From Eledone cirrhosa (lineage: Eukaryota): a DNA stretch of 64,000 bases. The position numbers and the translations under genes are program-made. The notes beneath the pieces are model-generated. The model ran no database searches. It was not told the origin of the DNA and worked only from the letters and a program-made list of their open reading frames with translations. Where the stretch lies: NCBI GenBank assembly GCA_964016885.1, contig OZ024760.1:34472001-34536000 (forward strand), in the 5' to 3' direction. Shown here piece by piece: positions 35,801 to 53,800 of the stretch. How positions within the stretch are numbered: the first letter of the stretch is position 1; every line of letters begins with the position of its first letter.

Positions 35801-38800
35801 TAACTAAAGATAATATAACTAAAGATACTATAACTAAAGATACTATAGTAAACATACTATAACTAAAGTTACTATAACTAAACATACTATAGTAAAGAAA
35901 CTATAACTAAAGATACTATAGTAAATATACTACCATAGAGATACTATAGTAAAGATACTATAACTAAAGATACTATAGTAAAGATACTATAACTAAATAT
36001 ACTCTAGTAAAGATACTATAACTAAAGATACTATAATAAAGATACTCTAACAAAAGATACTATAACGAAAGATACTATAGTAAAATACTGTAGTAGAGAT
36101 ACTATAACTATAGATACTATTGAAAAGATACTATAATTAAAGATACTATAACTAAAGATACTATAGTAAAGGTACTCTAACAAAGATAATATAACTAAAG
36201 ATACTATAGTAAAGATAATATAACTAAAGATACTATAGTAAAGATACTATAACTAAAGATACTATAGTAAAGATACTATAACTAAAGCTACTACAGTAAA
36301 GTTACTATAGTAAAGATACTAAACTAAAGATACTATAGTAAAGAAACTATAATAAAGATACTATAGTAAAGATACTATAACTAAAGTAACTATTGTAAAG
36401 ATACTATAACTAAAGATACTATAGTATAGATATAACTAAAGATACTATAGTAAAGATACTATAATAAAGATACTATAGTAAAGATACTATAACTAAAGAT
36501 ACTATCGTAAAGATATTATAACTAAAGATACTATAACTAAAGATACTATAGTAAAGATACTATTATAAAGATTCTATAACTAAAATACTATAGTAAAGAT
36601 ACTATAGCTAAAGTAACTATTGTAAATATACTATAGTATAGATATAACTAAAGATACTATAGTAAAGATACTATAATTAAAGTAACTATTGTAAAGATAC
36701 TATAACTAAAGATACTATAGTATAGATATAACTAAAGATACTATAGTAAAGATACTATAATAAAGATACTATAGTAAAGATACTATAACTAAACATACTA
36801 TAGTAAAGATACTATAATTAAAGATACTGTAGTGAAGATACTATAGTAAAGATACTATAACTAAAGATACTATAATAAAGATACTCTAATGAAGATACTA
36901 TAACTAAAGATACTATAGTAAAGATACTATAGTAAAGATACTATAACTAAAGATGCTATAGTAAAGATATTATAATTGAAGATACTATAGTAAAGACACT
37001 ATAACTAAAGATACTATAGTAAAATACTGTAGTAGAGATACTATAACTACAGATACTATTGAAAAGATACTATAATTAAAGATACTATTGTAAAGATACT
37101 ATAACTAAAGGTACTATAGTAAAGGTACTATAACAAAGATAATATAACTAAAGATACTATAGTAAAGATAATATAACTAAAGATACTATAGTAAAGATAC
37201 TATAACTAAAGATACTATAGTAAAGATACTATAACTAAAGCTACTACAGTAAAGATACTATAGTAAAGAAACTATAATAAAGATACTATAACTAAAGATA
37301 CTATAGTAAAGATACTATAGTAAAGATACTATAACTAAAGCTACTACAGTAAAGATACTATAACTAAAGTTACTATCGTAAACATATTATAACTAAAGAT
37401 ACTATAACTAAAGATACTATAATAAAGATACTATAGTAAAGATACTATAACTAAAGTAACTATTGTAAAGATACTATAGTATAGATATAACTAAAGATAC
37501 TATAATAAAGATACTATAGTAAAGATACTATAACGAAATATACTATAACTAAATATACTATAACTAAAGATACAATATTAAAGATACTATAACTAAAGAT
37601 ACTATAGTAAAGACACTATAACTAAAGATACTATAGTAAAGATACTATCGTGGAGATACTGGAGTAAAGATACTATAACTAAAGATATTATAGTTAAGAT
37701 ACTATAACTAAATATACTATAGTAAAGATACTATAATAAAGATACTCTAACGAAAGATACTATAACTAAAGATACTATAGTAAAGATACTATAGTATAGA
37801 TATAACTAGAGATACTATAGTAAATATACTATAATAAAGATACTATAGTAAAGATACTATAACTAAACATACTATAGTAAAGATACTATAATTAAGGATA
37901 TTGTAGTGAAGATACTATAGTAAAGATACTATAACTAAAGATACTATAATAAAGATACTCTAATGAAGATACTATAACTAAAGATACTATAGTAAAGATA
38001 CTATAACTAAAGATACTATAGTAAAGATACGGTAGTAAAGATACCATAACTAAAGATACTATAGTAAAGAAACTATAATAAAGATACTATAACTAAAGAT
38101 ACTATAACTAAAGTAACTATTGTAAAGATACTATAGTATAGATATAACTAAAGATACTATAGTAAAGATACTATAAAAAAGATACAATAAGTGAAGATAC
38201 TATAGTAAAGATACTATAACTGAAGATACTATAACTAAAGATACTATAATAAAGATACTATAGTAAAGATATTATAACTAAAGATACTATAACTAAAGAT
38301 ACTATAATAAAGATACTATAATAAGGATACTATAGTACACATACTCTAACTAAAGTAACTATTGTAAAGATACTATAACTAAAGATACTATAGTAAAGAC
38401 ACTAGAACTAATGATACTATAACTAAAGATACTATAGTAAAGATACTATAACTGAAGATACTATAGTTAAGATACTATAACTGAAGATAATATAGCTAAA
38501 GATACTATATTAAAGAAACTATAACTAAAGATACTATAATATAGATACTATAGTAAAGATGTAATAACTAAAGATACTATAACTAAAGATACTATGGTAA
38601 AGATACTGTAGTAAAGATAATATAGTAAAGATACTATAACTAAAGATAATATAACTAAAGATACTATAGTAAAGATACTATAGTAGAGACACTATAACTA
38701 AAGATACTATAGTAAAGATACTATAACTAAAGATACTATAACTAAAGATACTATAGTAAAGATACTACCGTAGAGATACTATAACTAAATATACTATAGT

Positions 38801-41800
38801 AAAGATACTATAATAAAGATACTATAGTAAAGATACTATAACTAAAGATAATATAACTAAAGATACTATCGTAAAGATACTATAGTAATGACACTATAAC
38901 TAAAGATACTATAACTAAAGATACTATAGTAAAGATAATATAGTAAAGATACTTTAACTAAAGATACTATAACTAAACATACTATACCTAAAGATACGGT
39001 AGTAAAGATACCATAACTAAAATAATATAATAAAGGTACTATAACTAAAGATACTATAGTAAATTTACTATAACTAAAGATGCTATACTAAAGATACTCT
39101 AACTAAAGATACTACCGTAGAGATACTATAGTAAAGATACTATAACTAAAAATACTATAGTTAAGATACTTTAACTAAATATACTATAGTAAAGATACTA
39201 TAACTAAAGATACTATAACTAAAGATACTATAGTAAAGATACTATAGTAAAATACTATAGTAGAGATACTATAACTAAAGATACTATTGAAAATATACTA
39301 TAACTAAAGATACTATAGTAAAGGTACTATAACAAAGATAATATAACTAAAGATACTATAGTAAAGACACTATAACTAAAGATACTATAGAAAAGATACT
39401 ATAGTAGAGATACTATAGCTAAAGATACTATAACTAAAGATACTATAGTAAAGATACTATAACTAAAGATACTATAGTAAATAAACTATAACTAAAGATA
39501 CTATAGTATAGGTACTATAACAAAGATAATATAACAAAAGATACTATAACTAAAGCTACTACAGTAAAGATACTATAACTAAAGATACTATAGTAAAGAA
39601 ACTATAATAAAGATACTATAACGAGAGATGCCATAGTAAAGATACTATAACTAAAGTAACTATTGTAAAAATAGTATAACTAAAGATACTATAGTAAAGC
39701 TACTATAGTAAAGATACTATAATAAAGATACGATAAATGAAGATACTATAGTAAAGATTACTATAACGAAAGATACTATAGTAAAGATACTAGAACTAAA
39801 GATACTAGAACTAAAGATACTATAATAAAGATACTATAGTAAAGATACTATAACTAAAGATACTATAGTAAAGATATTATAACTAAAGCTACTATAACTA
39901 AAGATACTATAGTAAAGATACTATAACTAAAGTGCTATAGTAAAGATATTATAACTGAAGATACTATTGTAAAGACACTATAACTAAATATACTATAACT
40001 AAAGATACTATAGTAAAGATAACATAGTAAAGATACTATAACTAAAGATACTATAGTAAAGATACTATAACTGAAGATACTATAACTGAAGATACTATAG
40101 TAAAGATACTATAGCTAAAGATACTATAATAAAGATACTATAACTAAAGATACTATAATAAAGATACTATAGTAAAGATATTATAACTAAAGATACTATA
40201 ACTAAAGATACTATAATAAAGATACTATAATAAGGAAACTATAGTAAAGATACTATAACTAAAGATGCTATAACTAAAGATAATATAGTAAAGACACTAT
40301 AGCTAAATATACTATAGTAAAGATATTATAACTAAAGATACTATAGTAAAGATACTATAACTAAAGATACTATAGTAAAATACTATAACTAAACATACTA
40401 TAGTAAAGTTATTCTAACTAAAGATACTATAACTAAAGATACTATAGTAAAATACTATAACTAAAGATACTGTAGTAAAGATACTATAGTAAAGATATAA
40501 CTAAACATACTATAGTAAAGATACTATAATTAAAGATACTGTAGTGAAGATACTATAGTAAAGATACTACAACTAAAGATACTATAATAAAGATACTCTA
40601 ATGAAGATACTATAACTGAAGATACTATAGTAAATATACTCTGATTAAAGATACTATAACTAAAGAAACTATAGTAATGATACTATAAATGAAGATACTA
40701 TAGTACAGATACTATAGTAAAGACACTATAACTATAGATACTATAGTTAAGATAGTATAACTAAAGATACTATAGTTAAGATACTATAACTAAATATACT
40801 ATAGTAAAGATACTATAATAAAGATATTCTAACAAGAGATAATATAGCAAAGATACTATAACTAAAGATACTATAATACAGATACTATAACTAAACATAC
40901 TATAGTAAAGTTACTATAACTAAAGATGATATAGTAAAGATGCTGTAACTAAAGCTACTACAGTAAAGATACTATAGTAAAGAAACTATAATAAAGATAC
41001 TATAACTAAAGATACTATAGTAAACATACTCTAACTAAAGTAACTATTGTATAGATACTATAACTAAAGATACTATAGTAAAGACACTATAACTAATGAT
41101 AATATAACTAAAGATACTATAGTAAAGATACTATAACTGAAGATACTATAGTAAAGATACTATAACTGAAGATAATATAACTTAAGATACTATAGTAAAG
41201 ATGTAATAACTAAAGATACTATAACTAAAGATGCTATAGTAAAGATATTATAACTGAAGATACTATAGTAAAGACGCTATAACTAAAGATACTATGGTAA
41301 AGATACTGTAGTAAAGATACTATAGTAAAGATACTATAACTAAAGATACTATAGTAAAGATACTTTAACTAATGATACTATAACTAAACATACTATAGTA
41401 AAGACACTATTACTAAAGATACTATATTTAAGATATTATAACTAAATATACTATAGTAAAGATACTACCGTAGAGATACTATAGTAAAGATACTATAACT
41501 AAATATACTATAGTAAAAGATACTATAACTAAAGATACTATAATAATGATACTCTAACAAAAGATACTATAGCAAAGATACTATAACTACAGATACTATT
41601 GAAAAGATACTATAATTCAAGATACTATAGTAAAGATACTATAACTAAAGATACTATAGTAAAGGTACTATAACAAAGATAATATAACTAAAGATACTAT
41701 AGTAAAGATAATATAACTAAAGATACTATAGTAAAGATACTATAACTAAAGCTACTACAGTAAAGAAACTATAATAAAGATACTATAACTAAACATACTA

Positions 41801-44800
41801 TAGTAAAGATACTATAACTAAAGTAACTATTGTAAAGATACTATAGTATAGATATAACTAAAGATACTATAGCAAAGATACTATAACTAAAGATACTATA
41901 ATTAAGATACTATAGTAAAGATATTATAACTAAAGATACTATAGTAAAGATATTTTTACTAAAGATACTATAGTAAAGATACTATAACTAAAGATACTAT
42001 AGTGAAGATACTATAACTGAAGATACTATAGCTAAAGATACTATAACTAAAGATACTATAACTAAAGATACTAAAACTAAAGATACTATAGTAAAGATAT
42101 TATAACTGAATATACTATAGTAAAGACACTGTAACTAAAGATACTATGGTAAAGATACTATAGTAAAGATACTATAGTAAAGATATTATAACTAAAGATA
42201 CTATAGTAAAGATACTATAACTGAAGATACTATAGTAAAGATACTATAACTAAAGATAATATTACTAAAGATACTATAGTAAAGATACTATAGTAAAGAT
42301 AATATAGTAAAGATACTTTAACTAAAAATAATATAATAAAGATACTGTAACTAAACATACTATAACTAAAGATACGGTAGTAATGATACCATGAGTAAAG
42401 ATACTATAGTAAATATACTATAACTAAAGATGGTATAGTAAAGATACTATAGTAAAGATACTCTAACTAAAGATACTACCGTAGAGATACTATAGTAAAG
42501 ATACTATAACTAAAAATACTATAGTTAAGATACTATAACTAAATATACTATAGTAAAGATACTATAACTAAAGATACTATAGTAAAGATACTATAGTAAA
42601 ATACTATAGTAGAGATACTATAACTAAAGATACTATTGAAAATATAGTAGAACTAAAGATACTATAGTAAAGGTACTATAACAAAGATAATATAACTAAA
42701 GATACTATAGTAAAGATAATATAACTAAAGATACTATAGTTAAGACACTATAACTAAAGATACTATAGTAAAGATACTATAACTAAAGCTACTATAACTA
42801 AGGATACTATAGTGAAGATACTATAGTAAATATACTAAACTAAAGATACTATAGTAAAGAAACTATAACTAAAGATACTATAATAAAGATACTATAGTAA
42901 AAATACTATAACTAAAGATACTGTAACTAAAGATACTATAGTAAAGATATTATAACTAAAGATACTATAGTAAAAATACCATAATAAAGATAATATAACT
43001 AAAGATACTATAGTAAAGATAATATAACTAAGGATACTATAGTAAAGATACTATAACTCAAGATACTACAGTAAAGATACTAAACTAAAGATACTATAGT
43101 AAAGAAACTATAACTAAAGATACTAGTAGAGCTACTATAACTAAAGTAACTATTGTAAAGATACTATGGTATAGATATAACTAAAGATACTATAACTAAA
43201 GATACTATAATAAAGATACTATAGTAAAGATACTATAACTAAAGATACTATAGTAAAGATAGTATAACTAAAGATACTATAACTAAAGATACTATGATAA
43301 AGATACTATAGTAAAGATACTAAAATAAAGATACGATAAGTGCAGATACTACAGTAAAGATACTATAACTAAAGATACTATAACTAAGGATACTATAGTA
43401 ATGATACTATAACTGAAGATACTATAGCTAAAGATACTATAGTAACGATACTATAACTAAAGATACTATAATAAAGATACTATAGTAAAGATATAACTAT
43501 AGATACTATAACTAAAGATGCTATAGTAAAGATACTATAGTAAAGATATTATAACTGAAGATACTATAACTAAAGATACTATGGTAAAGATAATATAGTA
43601 AAGATACTGTAACTAAAGATACTATAGTAAAGATACTATAACTAAAGCTACGATAATAAAGATACTATAACTAAAGATACTATAATAAAAATACTATAGT
43701 AAAGATACTATAACTAAAGATGCTATAGTAAATATATTATAACTGAAGATACCATAGTAAATATACTATAACTGAAGATACTATAGCTAAAGATAATATA
43801 GTAAAGATACTATAACTAAAGATACTTTAGTAAAGACGCTATAGTGAAGATACTATAACTAAAGATACTATAGTAAAGATAATATAGTAAAGATACTTTA
43901 ACTAAAGATAATATAATAAAGATACTATAACTAAACATACTATAACTAAAGATACGGTAGTAAAGATACTATAATAAATGTACTATAACTAAAGATACTA
44001 TAGTAAATATACTATAACTAAAGATGGTATAGTAAAGATACTCTAACTAAAGATACTACCGTAGAGATACTATAGTAAAGATACTATAACTAAAAATACT
44101 ATAGTTAAGATACTATATCTAAATATACTATAGTAAAGATACTATAACTAAAGATACTATAGTAAATATACTATAACTAAAGATGGTATAGTAAAGATAC
44201 TCTAACTAAAGATACTACCGTAGAGATACTATAGTAAAGATACTATAACTAAATATACTGTAGTAGAGATACTATAACTAAAGATACTATTGAAAATATA
44301 CTAGAACTAAAGATACTATAGTAAAGGTACTATAACAAAGATAATATAACTAAAGATACTATAGTAAAGATAATATAACTAAAGATACTATAATAAAGAC
44401 ACTATAACTAAAGATACTATAGTAAAGATACTATAACTAAAGCTACTATAACTAAGGATAATATAGTGAAGATACTATACTAAAGATACTAAACTAAAGA
44501 TACTATAGTAAAGAAACTATAACTGAAGATACTATAGCTAAAGATACTATAGTAAAGATACTATAACTAAAGATACTATTGTAAAGATATTATAACTAAA
44601 GATACTATAGTAAAGATACTAAAATAAAGATACGATAAGTGAAGATACTATAGCAAAGATACTATAACTAAAGATACTATAACTAAAGATACTATAGTGA
44701 AGATACTATAGTAAATATACTAACTAAATATACTATGGTAAATTAAACTATAGTAAAGATAATATAGTAAAAATACTATAACTAAAGATACTATAGTAAC

Positions 44801-47800
44801 ATACTATAACTAAAGATACTATAGTAAATATATAATTAAAGATACTTTAGTGAAGATACTATAACTAAAGATACTATAATAAAGATACTCTAACTAAAGA
44901 TACTATAACTAAAGATACTATAGTAAAGATATAACTAAAGATACTATAATTAAAGATACTGTAGTGAAGATACTATAACTAAAGGTACTCTAACTAAAGA
45001 TACTATAACTAAAGATACTATAGTAAAGATACTCTAACTAAAGATACTATAGTAAAGGTACTATAGTAAACACACTAGAACTAAAGATACTATAGTTAAG
45101 ATACTATAGTAAACACACTATAACTAAAGATACTATAGTAAAGATACTATCGTAGAGATACTATTATAAAGATACTATAACTAAAGATACTACAGTAAAG
45201 ATACCATAGTTAAGATACTATAACTAAATATACTATTGTAAAGATACTATTACTAAAGATACTATAACTAAAGCTACTACAGTAAAGATACTATAACTAA
45301 AGATACCATAGTAAATAAACTATAATAAAGATACTATAACTAAAGATACTATAGTAAAGATACGCTAACTAAAGTAACTATTGTAAAGATACTATAGCTA
45401 AAGATAATATAGTAAAGACACTATAACTAATGATACTATAACTAAAGATACTATTGTAAAGATACTATAATAAAGATACGATAAGTGAAGATACTATAGT
45501 AAAGATACTATAACTAAAGATACTATAGTAAAGATACTATAACTAAAGATACTATAATAAAGATACTATAAATAAAGATGCTATAGTAAAGATATTATAG
45601 TAAAGATATTATAACTGAAGATACTATAGTAAAGACACTTACTAAAGATACTATGGTAATGATACTATAACTAAAGATACTATAGTAAAGATGATATAGT
45701 AAAGATACTATAACTAAAGATACTATAACTAAAGATACTATAGTAAAGACACTATAACTAAAGATACTATAGTAAAGATGCTATAACTAAAGATACTATA
45801 GTAAGGATACTGTAAATAAAGATACTATAGTAAAGATTCTATAGTAAAGATAATATAACTAAACATACTATAACTAAACATACTATAGTAAAGATACTAT
45901 AACTAAAGATACGGTAGTTAAGATACCATAAGTAAAGATACTATATTAAAGGTACTATAGTAAAGGTACTATAACTAAAGATACTATAGTAAAGATACTA
46001 TAACTAAAGATGCTATAGTAAAGATACTCTAACTAAAGATACTATATTAAAGATACTATAGTTAAGATACTCTAACAAAAGATGCTCTAGCAAAGATACT
46101 ATAACTAAAGAAACTATAGTAAAGATTCTATAGTAAAGATACTATAAGTAAAGATAATATAACTAAACATACTATAGTCAAGATACTATAACTAAAGATA
46201 TTATAGTAAAAATACTATAGTAAAATACTATAGTAGAGATACTATAACTAAAGATACTATTGAAAAGATACTATAACTAAAGATACTATAGTAAAGGTAC
46301 TATAACAAAGATACTATAGTAAAGATACTATAGTAAAGATGCTATAACTAAAGATACTATAGTAAAGATACTATAGTAAGGATACTGTAAATAAAGATAC
46401 TATAACTAAAGATACTATAGTAAAGATTCTATAGTAAAGATACTATAACTAAACATACTACAACTAAAAATACTATAGTAAAGATATTATAACTAAAGAT
46501 ACGGTAGTTAAGATACCATAAGTAATGATACTATAGTAAATATACTATAGTAGAGATACTATAATTATAGATACTATTGAAAATATACTATAACTAAAGA
46601 TACTATAGTAAAGGTACTATAACAAAGATACTATAACTAAAGATACTATAGTAAAGATACTACAACTAATGATACTATAACTAAAGATACTATAGTAAAG
46701 ATACTAAAATAAAGATACGATAAGTGAAGATACTATATTAAAGATACTATAACTAAAGATACTATAAGTAAAGATACTATAGTAAAGATACTATAACTGA
46801 AGATACTATAGCTGAAGATACTATAGTAAAGATACTATAACTAAAGCTACTATAATAAAGATACTATAGTAAAGATATTATAACTAAAGATACTATAACT
46901 AAAGATACTATAGTAAAGATAGAATAATAAAGATACTCTAACTAAAGATGATATAGTAAAGATATTATAACTGAAGATACTATAGTAAAGACACTAACTA
47001 AAGATACTACAGTAAAGATACTATAACTAAAGATACTATAGAAAGATGATATAGTAAAGATACTATAACTAAAGATACTATAATAAAGACACTATAACTA
47101 AAGATACTATAGTAAAGATACTATAGTAAGTTTACTGTAAATAAAGATACTTTAACTAAAGATACTATAGTAAAGATTCTATAGTAAAGATACTATAACT
47201 AAACATACTATAACTAGACATACTATAGTAAAGATACTATAACTAAAGATACGGTAGTTAAGATACCATAATTAAAGATACTATATTAAAGATACTATAG
47301 TAAAGGTACTATAACTAAAGATGCTATAGTGAAGATACTATAGTAAAGATATTATAACTGAATATACTATATTAAAGACACTAACTAAAGATACTATGGT
47401 AAAGATACTATAGTAAAGATGATATAGTAAAGATACTATAACTAAAGATATTATAACTAAAGATACTATAGTAAAGACACTATAACTAAAGATACTATAG
47501 TAAAGATGCTATAACTAAAGATACTATAGTAAGGATACTGTAAATAAAGATACTATAACTAAAGATACTATAGTAAAGATACTATAGAAAAGATTCTATA
47601 GTAAAGATACTATAACTAAACATACTATAACTAAACATACTATAGTAAAGATACTATAACTAAAGATACGGTAGTTAAGATACCATAAGGAAAGATACTA
47701 TATTAAAGATACTATAGTAAAGGTACTATAACTAAAGATACTATAGTAAAGAAACTATAACTAAAGATGCTATAGTAAAGATACTATAAATAATGATACT

Positions 47801-50800
47801 ACAGTAAAGATACTATAGTAAAGACACTATAACTAAATATTCTATAGTTAAGATACTATAACTAAATATACTATAGTAAGGATACTATAACTAAAGATAC
47901 TATAATAAAGATACTCTAACAAAAGATGCTATAGCAAAGATACTATAACTAAAGATACTATAGTAAAGATTCTATAGTAAAGATACTATATGTAATAATA
48001 CTATAGCTAAACATACTATAGTCAAGATACTATAACTAAAGATATTATAGTAAAGATAATATAATTAAAGATGCTATTGAAAAGATACTATAAATAAAGA
48101 TACTATTGTAAAGGTATTATAACAAAGATACTATAACTAAAGATACTATAGTAAAGATACTATAACTAAAGTAACTATTGTAAAGATACTATAGTATAGA
48201 TATAACTAAAGATACTATAGTAAAGATGCTATAACTAAAGATACTATAACTAATGATACTATAACTAAAGATACTATTGTAAAGATACTATAATAAAGAT
48301 ACGATAAGTGAAGATACTATATTAAAGATACTATAACTATAGGTACTATAGTAAAGATATTATAACTAAAGATGCTATAAGTAAAGATACTATAGTAAAG
48401 ATACTATAACTAAACATGCTATAGTACAGATACTATTGTAAAGATATGACTGAAGATACTATAGTAAAGACACTACCTAAACATACTATGGTAAAGATAC
48501 TATAACTATAGATACTATAGTAAAGATACTATAACTAAAGATACTATAACTAAAGATACTATAGTAAAGATACCATAGTAAAGATGCTATAACTAAAGAT
48601 ACTATAGTAAGGATACTGTAAATAAAGATACTATAACTAAAGATACTATAGTAAAGATACTATAGTAAATATACTTTAACAAAGATACTATAGTAAAGAT
48701 TCTATAGTAAAGATACTATAACTAAACATACTATAACTAAAAATACTATAGTAAAGATATTATAACTAAAGATACGGTAGTTAAGATACCATAAGTAAAG
48801 ATACTATAGTAAATATACTATAGTAGAGATACTATAATTATAGATACTATTGAAAATATACTATAACTAAAGATACTATAGTAAAGGTACTATAACAAAG
48901 ATACTATAACTAAAGATACTATAGTAAAGATACTATAACTAAAGATACTATAACTAATGATACTATAACTAAAGATACTATAGTAAAGATACTAAAATAA
49001 AGATACGATAAGTGAAGATACTATATTAAAGATACTATAACTAAAGATACTATAACTAAAGATAATATAGTAAAGATACTATAACTGAAAGTACTATAGC
49101 TGAAGATACTATAGTATAGATACTATAACTAAAGCTACTATAATAAATATACTATAGTAAAGATACTATAGTAAAGATATTATAACTAAAGATACTATAA
49201 CTAAAGATACTATAGTAAAGATAGAATAATAAAGATACTATAGGAAAGATACTATAACTAAAGATGATATAGTAAAGATATTATAACTGAAGATACTATA
49301 GTAAAGACACTAACTAAAGATACTATGGTAAAGATACTATAACTAAAGATACTATAGAAAGATGATATAGTAAAGATACTATAACTAAAGATACTATAAC
49401 TAAAGATACTATAATAAAGACACTATAACTAAAGATACTATAGTAAAGATACTATAGTAAAGATGCTATAACTAAAGGAACTATAGTAAAGATACTATAG
49501 TAAAGATTCTATAGTAAAGATACTATAACTAAACATACTATAACTAGACATACTATAGTAAAGATACTATAACTAAAGATACGGTAGTTAAGATACCATA
49601 ATTAAAGATACTATATTAAAGATACTATAGTAAAGGTACTATAACTAAAGATGCTATAGTAAAGATACTCTAACTAAAGATACTTTAACTAAAGATACTA
49701 TAGTAAAGATACTATGAATAAAGATACTACACTAAAGATACTATAGTAAAGACACTATAACTAAAGATACTATAGTAAAGATATTACCGTAGAGATACTA
49801 TAGTAAAGATACTATAACTAAAGATACTATAGTATAGATATAACTAAATATACTATAGTAAAGATACTATAACTAAAGATACTATAATAAAGATACTCTA
49901 ACAAAAGATGCTATAGCAAAGATACTATAACTAAAGATACTATAGTCAAGATACTATAACTAAAGATATTATAGTAAAGATACTATAGTAAAATACTATA
50001 GTAGAGATACTATAACTAAAGATACTATTGAAAAGATACTATAACTAAAGATACTATAGTAAAGGTACTATAACAAAGATACTATAACTAAAGATACTAT
50101 AGTAAAGATACTATAACTAAAGTAACTATTGTAAAGATACTATAGTGTAGATATAACTAAAGATACTATAACTAAAGATACTATAACTAATGATACTATA
50201 ACTAAAGATACTATAGTAAAGATACTAAAATAAAGATACGATAAGTGAAGATACTATAACTAAAGATACTATAGTAAAGATACTATAATAAAGTTACTAT
50301 AGTAAAGATACTATAGTAAAGATATTTAACTGAAGATACTATAGTAAAGACACTATAACTAAAGATACTATAGTAAAGATAATATAGTAAAAATACTATA
50401 ACTAAAGATACTATAACTAAAGATACTATAGTAAAGATACTATAGTAAAGACACTATAGCTAAAGATACTATAGTAAATATACTATAGTAAAGACACTAT
50501 AGCTAAAGATACTATAGTAAATATACTATAACTAAAGATACTATAGTAAAATACTATAACTAAATGATACTGTAGTAAAGATATAACTAAAGATACTATA
50601 ATTCAAGATACTATTATAAAGATACTCTAACTAAAGATACTATAACTAAAGATACTCTAACTAAAGATACTATAGTAAAGATACTATAGTAAATATACTA
50701 TAACTAAAGATACTATAATAAAGATACTCTAACAAAAGATGCTATAGCAAAGATACTATAGTAAAGATTCTATAGTAAAGATACTATAACTAAAGATACT

Positions 50801-53800
50801 ATAACTAAACATACTATAGTAAATATACTATAGTAGAGATACTATAATTATAGATACTATTGAAAATATACTATAACTAAAGATACTATAGTAAAGGTAC
50901 TATAACAAAGATACTATAACTAAAGATACTGTAACTAATGATACTATAACTAAAGATACTATAGTAAAGATACTAAAATAAAGATACGATAAGTGAAGAT
51001 ACTATATTAAAGATACTATAACTAAAGATACTATAACTAAGGATACTATAGTAAAGATACTATAACTGAAGATACTATAGCTGAAGATACTATAGTAAAG
51101 ATACTATAACTAAAGCTACTATAATAAAGATACTATAGTAAAGATACTATAGTTAAGATATTATAACTAAAGATACTATAGTAAAGATAGAATAATAAAG
51201 ATACTATAGGAAAGATACTATAACTAAAGATAATATAGTAAAGATATTATAACTGAAGATACTATAGTAAAGACACTAACTAAAGATACTATGGTAACGA
51301 TACTATAGAAAGATGATATAGTAAAGATACTATAACTAAAGATACTATAATAAAGACACTATAACTAAAGATACTATAGTAAAGATACTATAGTAAAGAT
51401 GCTATAACTAAAGATACTATAGTAAAGATACTATAGTAAGTTTACTGTAAATAAAGATACTTTAACTAAAGATACTATAGTAAAGATTCTATAGTAAAGA
51501 TACTATAACTAAAGATACTATAGTAAAGATAATATAGTAAAAATACTATAACTAAAGATACTATAACTAAAGATACTATAGTAAAGATACTATAGTAAAG
51601 ACACTATAGCTAAAGATACTATAGTAAATATACTATAACTAAAGATACTATAACTATAGATACTATAGTAAAATACTATAACTAAATGATACTGTAGTAA
51701 AGATATAACTAAAGATACTATAATTAAAGATACTATTATAAAGATACTCTAACTAAAGATACTATAACTAAAGATACTATAGTAAAGATACTATAGTAAA
51801 GACACTATAACTAAAGATACTATAGTTAAGATACTATAACTAAATATACTATAGTAAATATACTATAACTAAAGATACTATAATAAAGATACTCTAACAA
51901 AAGATGCTATAGCAAAGATACTATAGTAAAGATTCTATAGTAAAGATACTATAACTAAAGATACTATAACTAAACATACTATAGTAAATATACTATAGTA
52001 GAGATACTATAATTATAGATACTATTGAAAATATACTATAACTAAAGATACTATAGTATAGGTACTATAACAAAGATACTATAACTAAAGATACTATAGT
52101 AAAGATACTATAACTAATGATACTATAATTAAAGATACTATAGTGAAGATACTAAAATAAAGATACGATAAGTGAAGATACTATATTAAAGATACTATAA
52201 CTAAAGATACTATAGTAAAGATACTATAACTGAAGATACTATAGCTGAAGATACTATAGTAAAGATACTATAACTAAAGCTACTATAATAAAGATACTAT
52301 AGTAAAGATACTATAGTAAAGATATTATAACTAAAGATACTATAACTAAAGATACTATAGTAAAGATAGAATAATAAAGATACTATAACTAAAGATGATA
52401 TAGTAAAGATATTATAACTGAAGATACTATAGTAAAGACACTAACTAAAGATACTATGGTAAAGATACTATAACTAAAGATACTATAGAAAGATGATATA
52501 TTAAAGATACTATAACTAAAGATACTATAACTAAAGATACTATAGTAAAGATACTATAGTAAAGATGATATAACTAAAGATACTATAGTAAAGATACTAT
52601 AGTAAGTTTACTGTAAATAAAGATACTTTAACTAAAGATACTATAGTAAAGATTCTATAGTAAAGATACTATAACTAAACATACTATAACTAGACATACT
52701 ATAGTAAAGATACTATAACTAAAGATACGGTAGTTAAGATACCATAATTAAAGATACTATATTAAAGATACTATAGTAAAGGTACTATAACTAAAGATGC
52801 TATAGTAAAGATACTCTAACTAAAGATACTTTAACTAAAGATACTATAGTAAAGATACTATGAATAAAGATACTACACTAAAGATACTATAGTAAAGACA
52901 CTATAACTAAAGATACTATAGTAAAGATATTACTGTAGAGATACTATAGTAAAGATACTATAACTAAAGATACTATAGTATAGATATAACTAAATATACT
53001 ATAGTAAAGATACTATAACTAAAGATACTATAATAAAGATACTCTAACAAAAGATGCTATAGCAAAGATACTATAACTAAAGATACTATAGTAAAGATTC
53101 TATAGTAAAGATACTATAAGTAAAGATACTATAACTAAACATACTATAGTCAAGATACTATAACTAAAGATATTATAGTAAAGATACTATAGTAAAATAC
53201 TATAGTAGAGATACTATAACTAAAGATACTATAACTAAAGATACTATAGTAAAGGTACTATAACAAAGATACTATAACTAAAGATACTATAGTAAAGATA
53301 CTATAACTAAAGTAACTATTGTAAAGATACTATAGTGTAGATATAACTAAAGATACTATAGTAAAGATACTATAACTAATGATACTATAACTAAAGATAC
53401 TATAGTAAAGATACTAAAATAAAGATACGATAAGTGAAGATACTATAACTAAAGATACTATAGTAAAGATACTATAATAAAGTTACTATAGTAAAGATAC
53501 TATAGTAAAGATATTTAACTGAAGATACTATAGTAAAGACACTATAACTAAATATACTATGGTAAAGATACTATAATAAAGATACTATAACTAAAGATAC
53601 TATAGTAAAGATACTATAGTAAAGATAATATAGTAAAAATACTATAACTAAAGATACTATAGTAAAGATACCCATAGTAAAGACACTATAGCTAAAGATA
53701 CTATAGTAAATATACTATAACTAAAGATACTATAACTATAGATACTATAGTAAAATACTATAACTAAATGATACTGTAGTAAAGATATAACTAAAGATAC

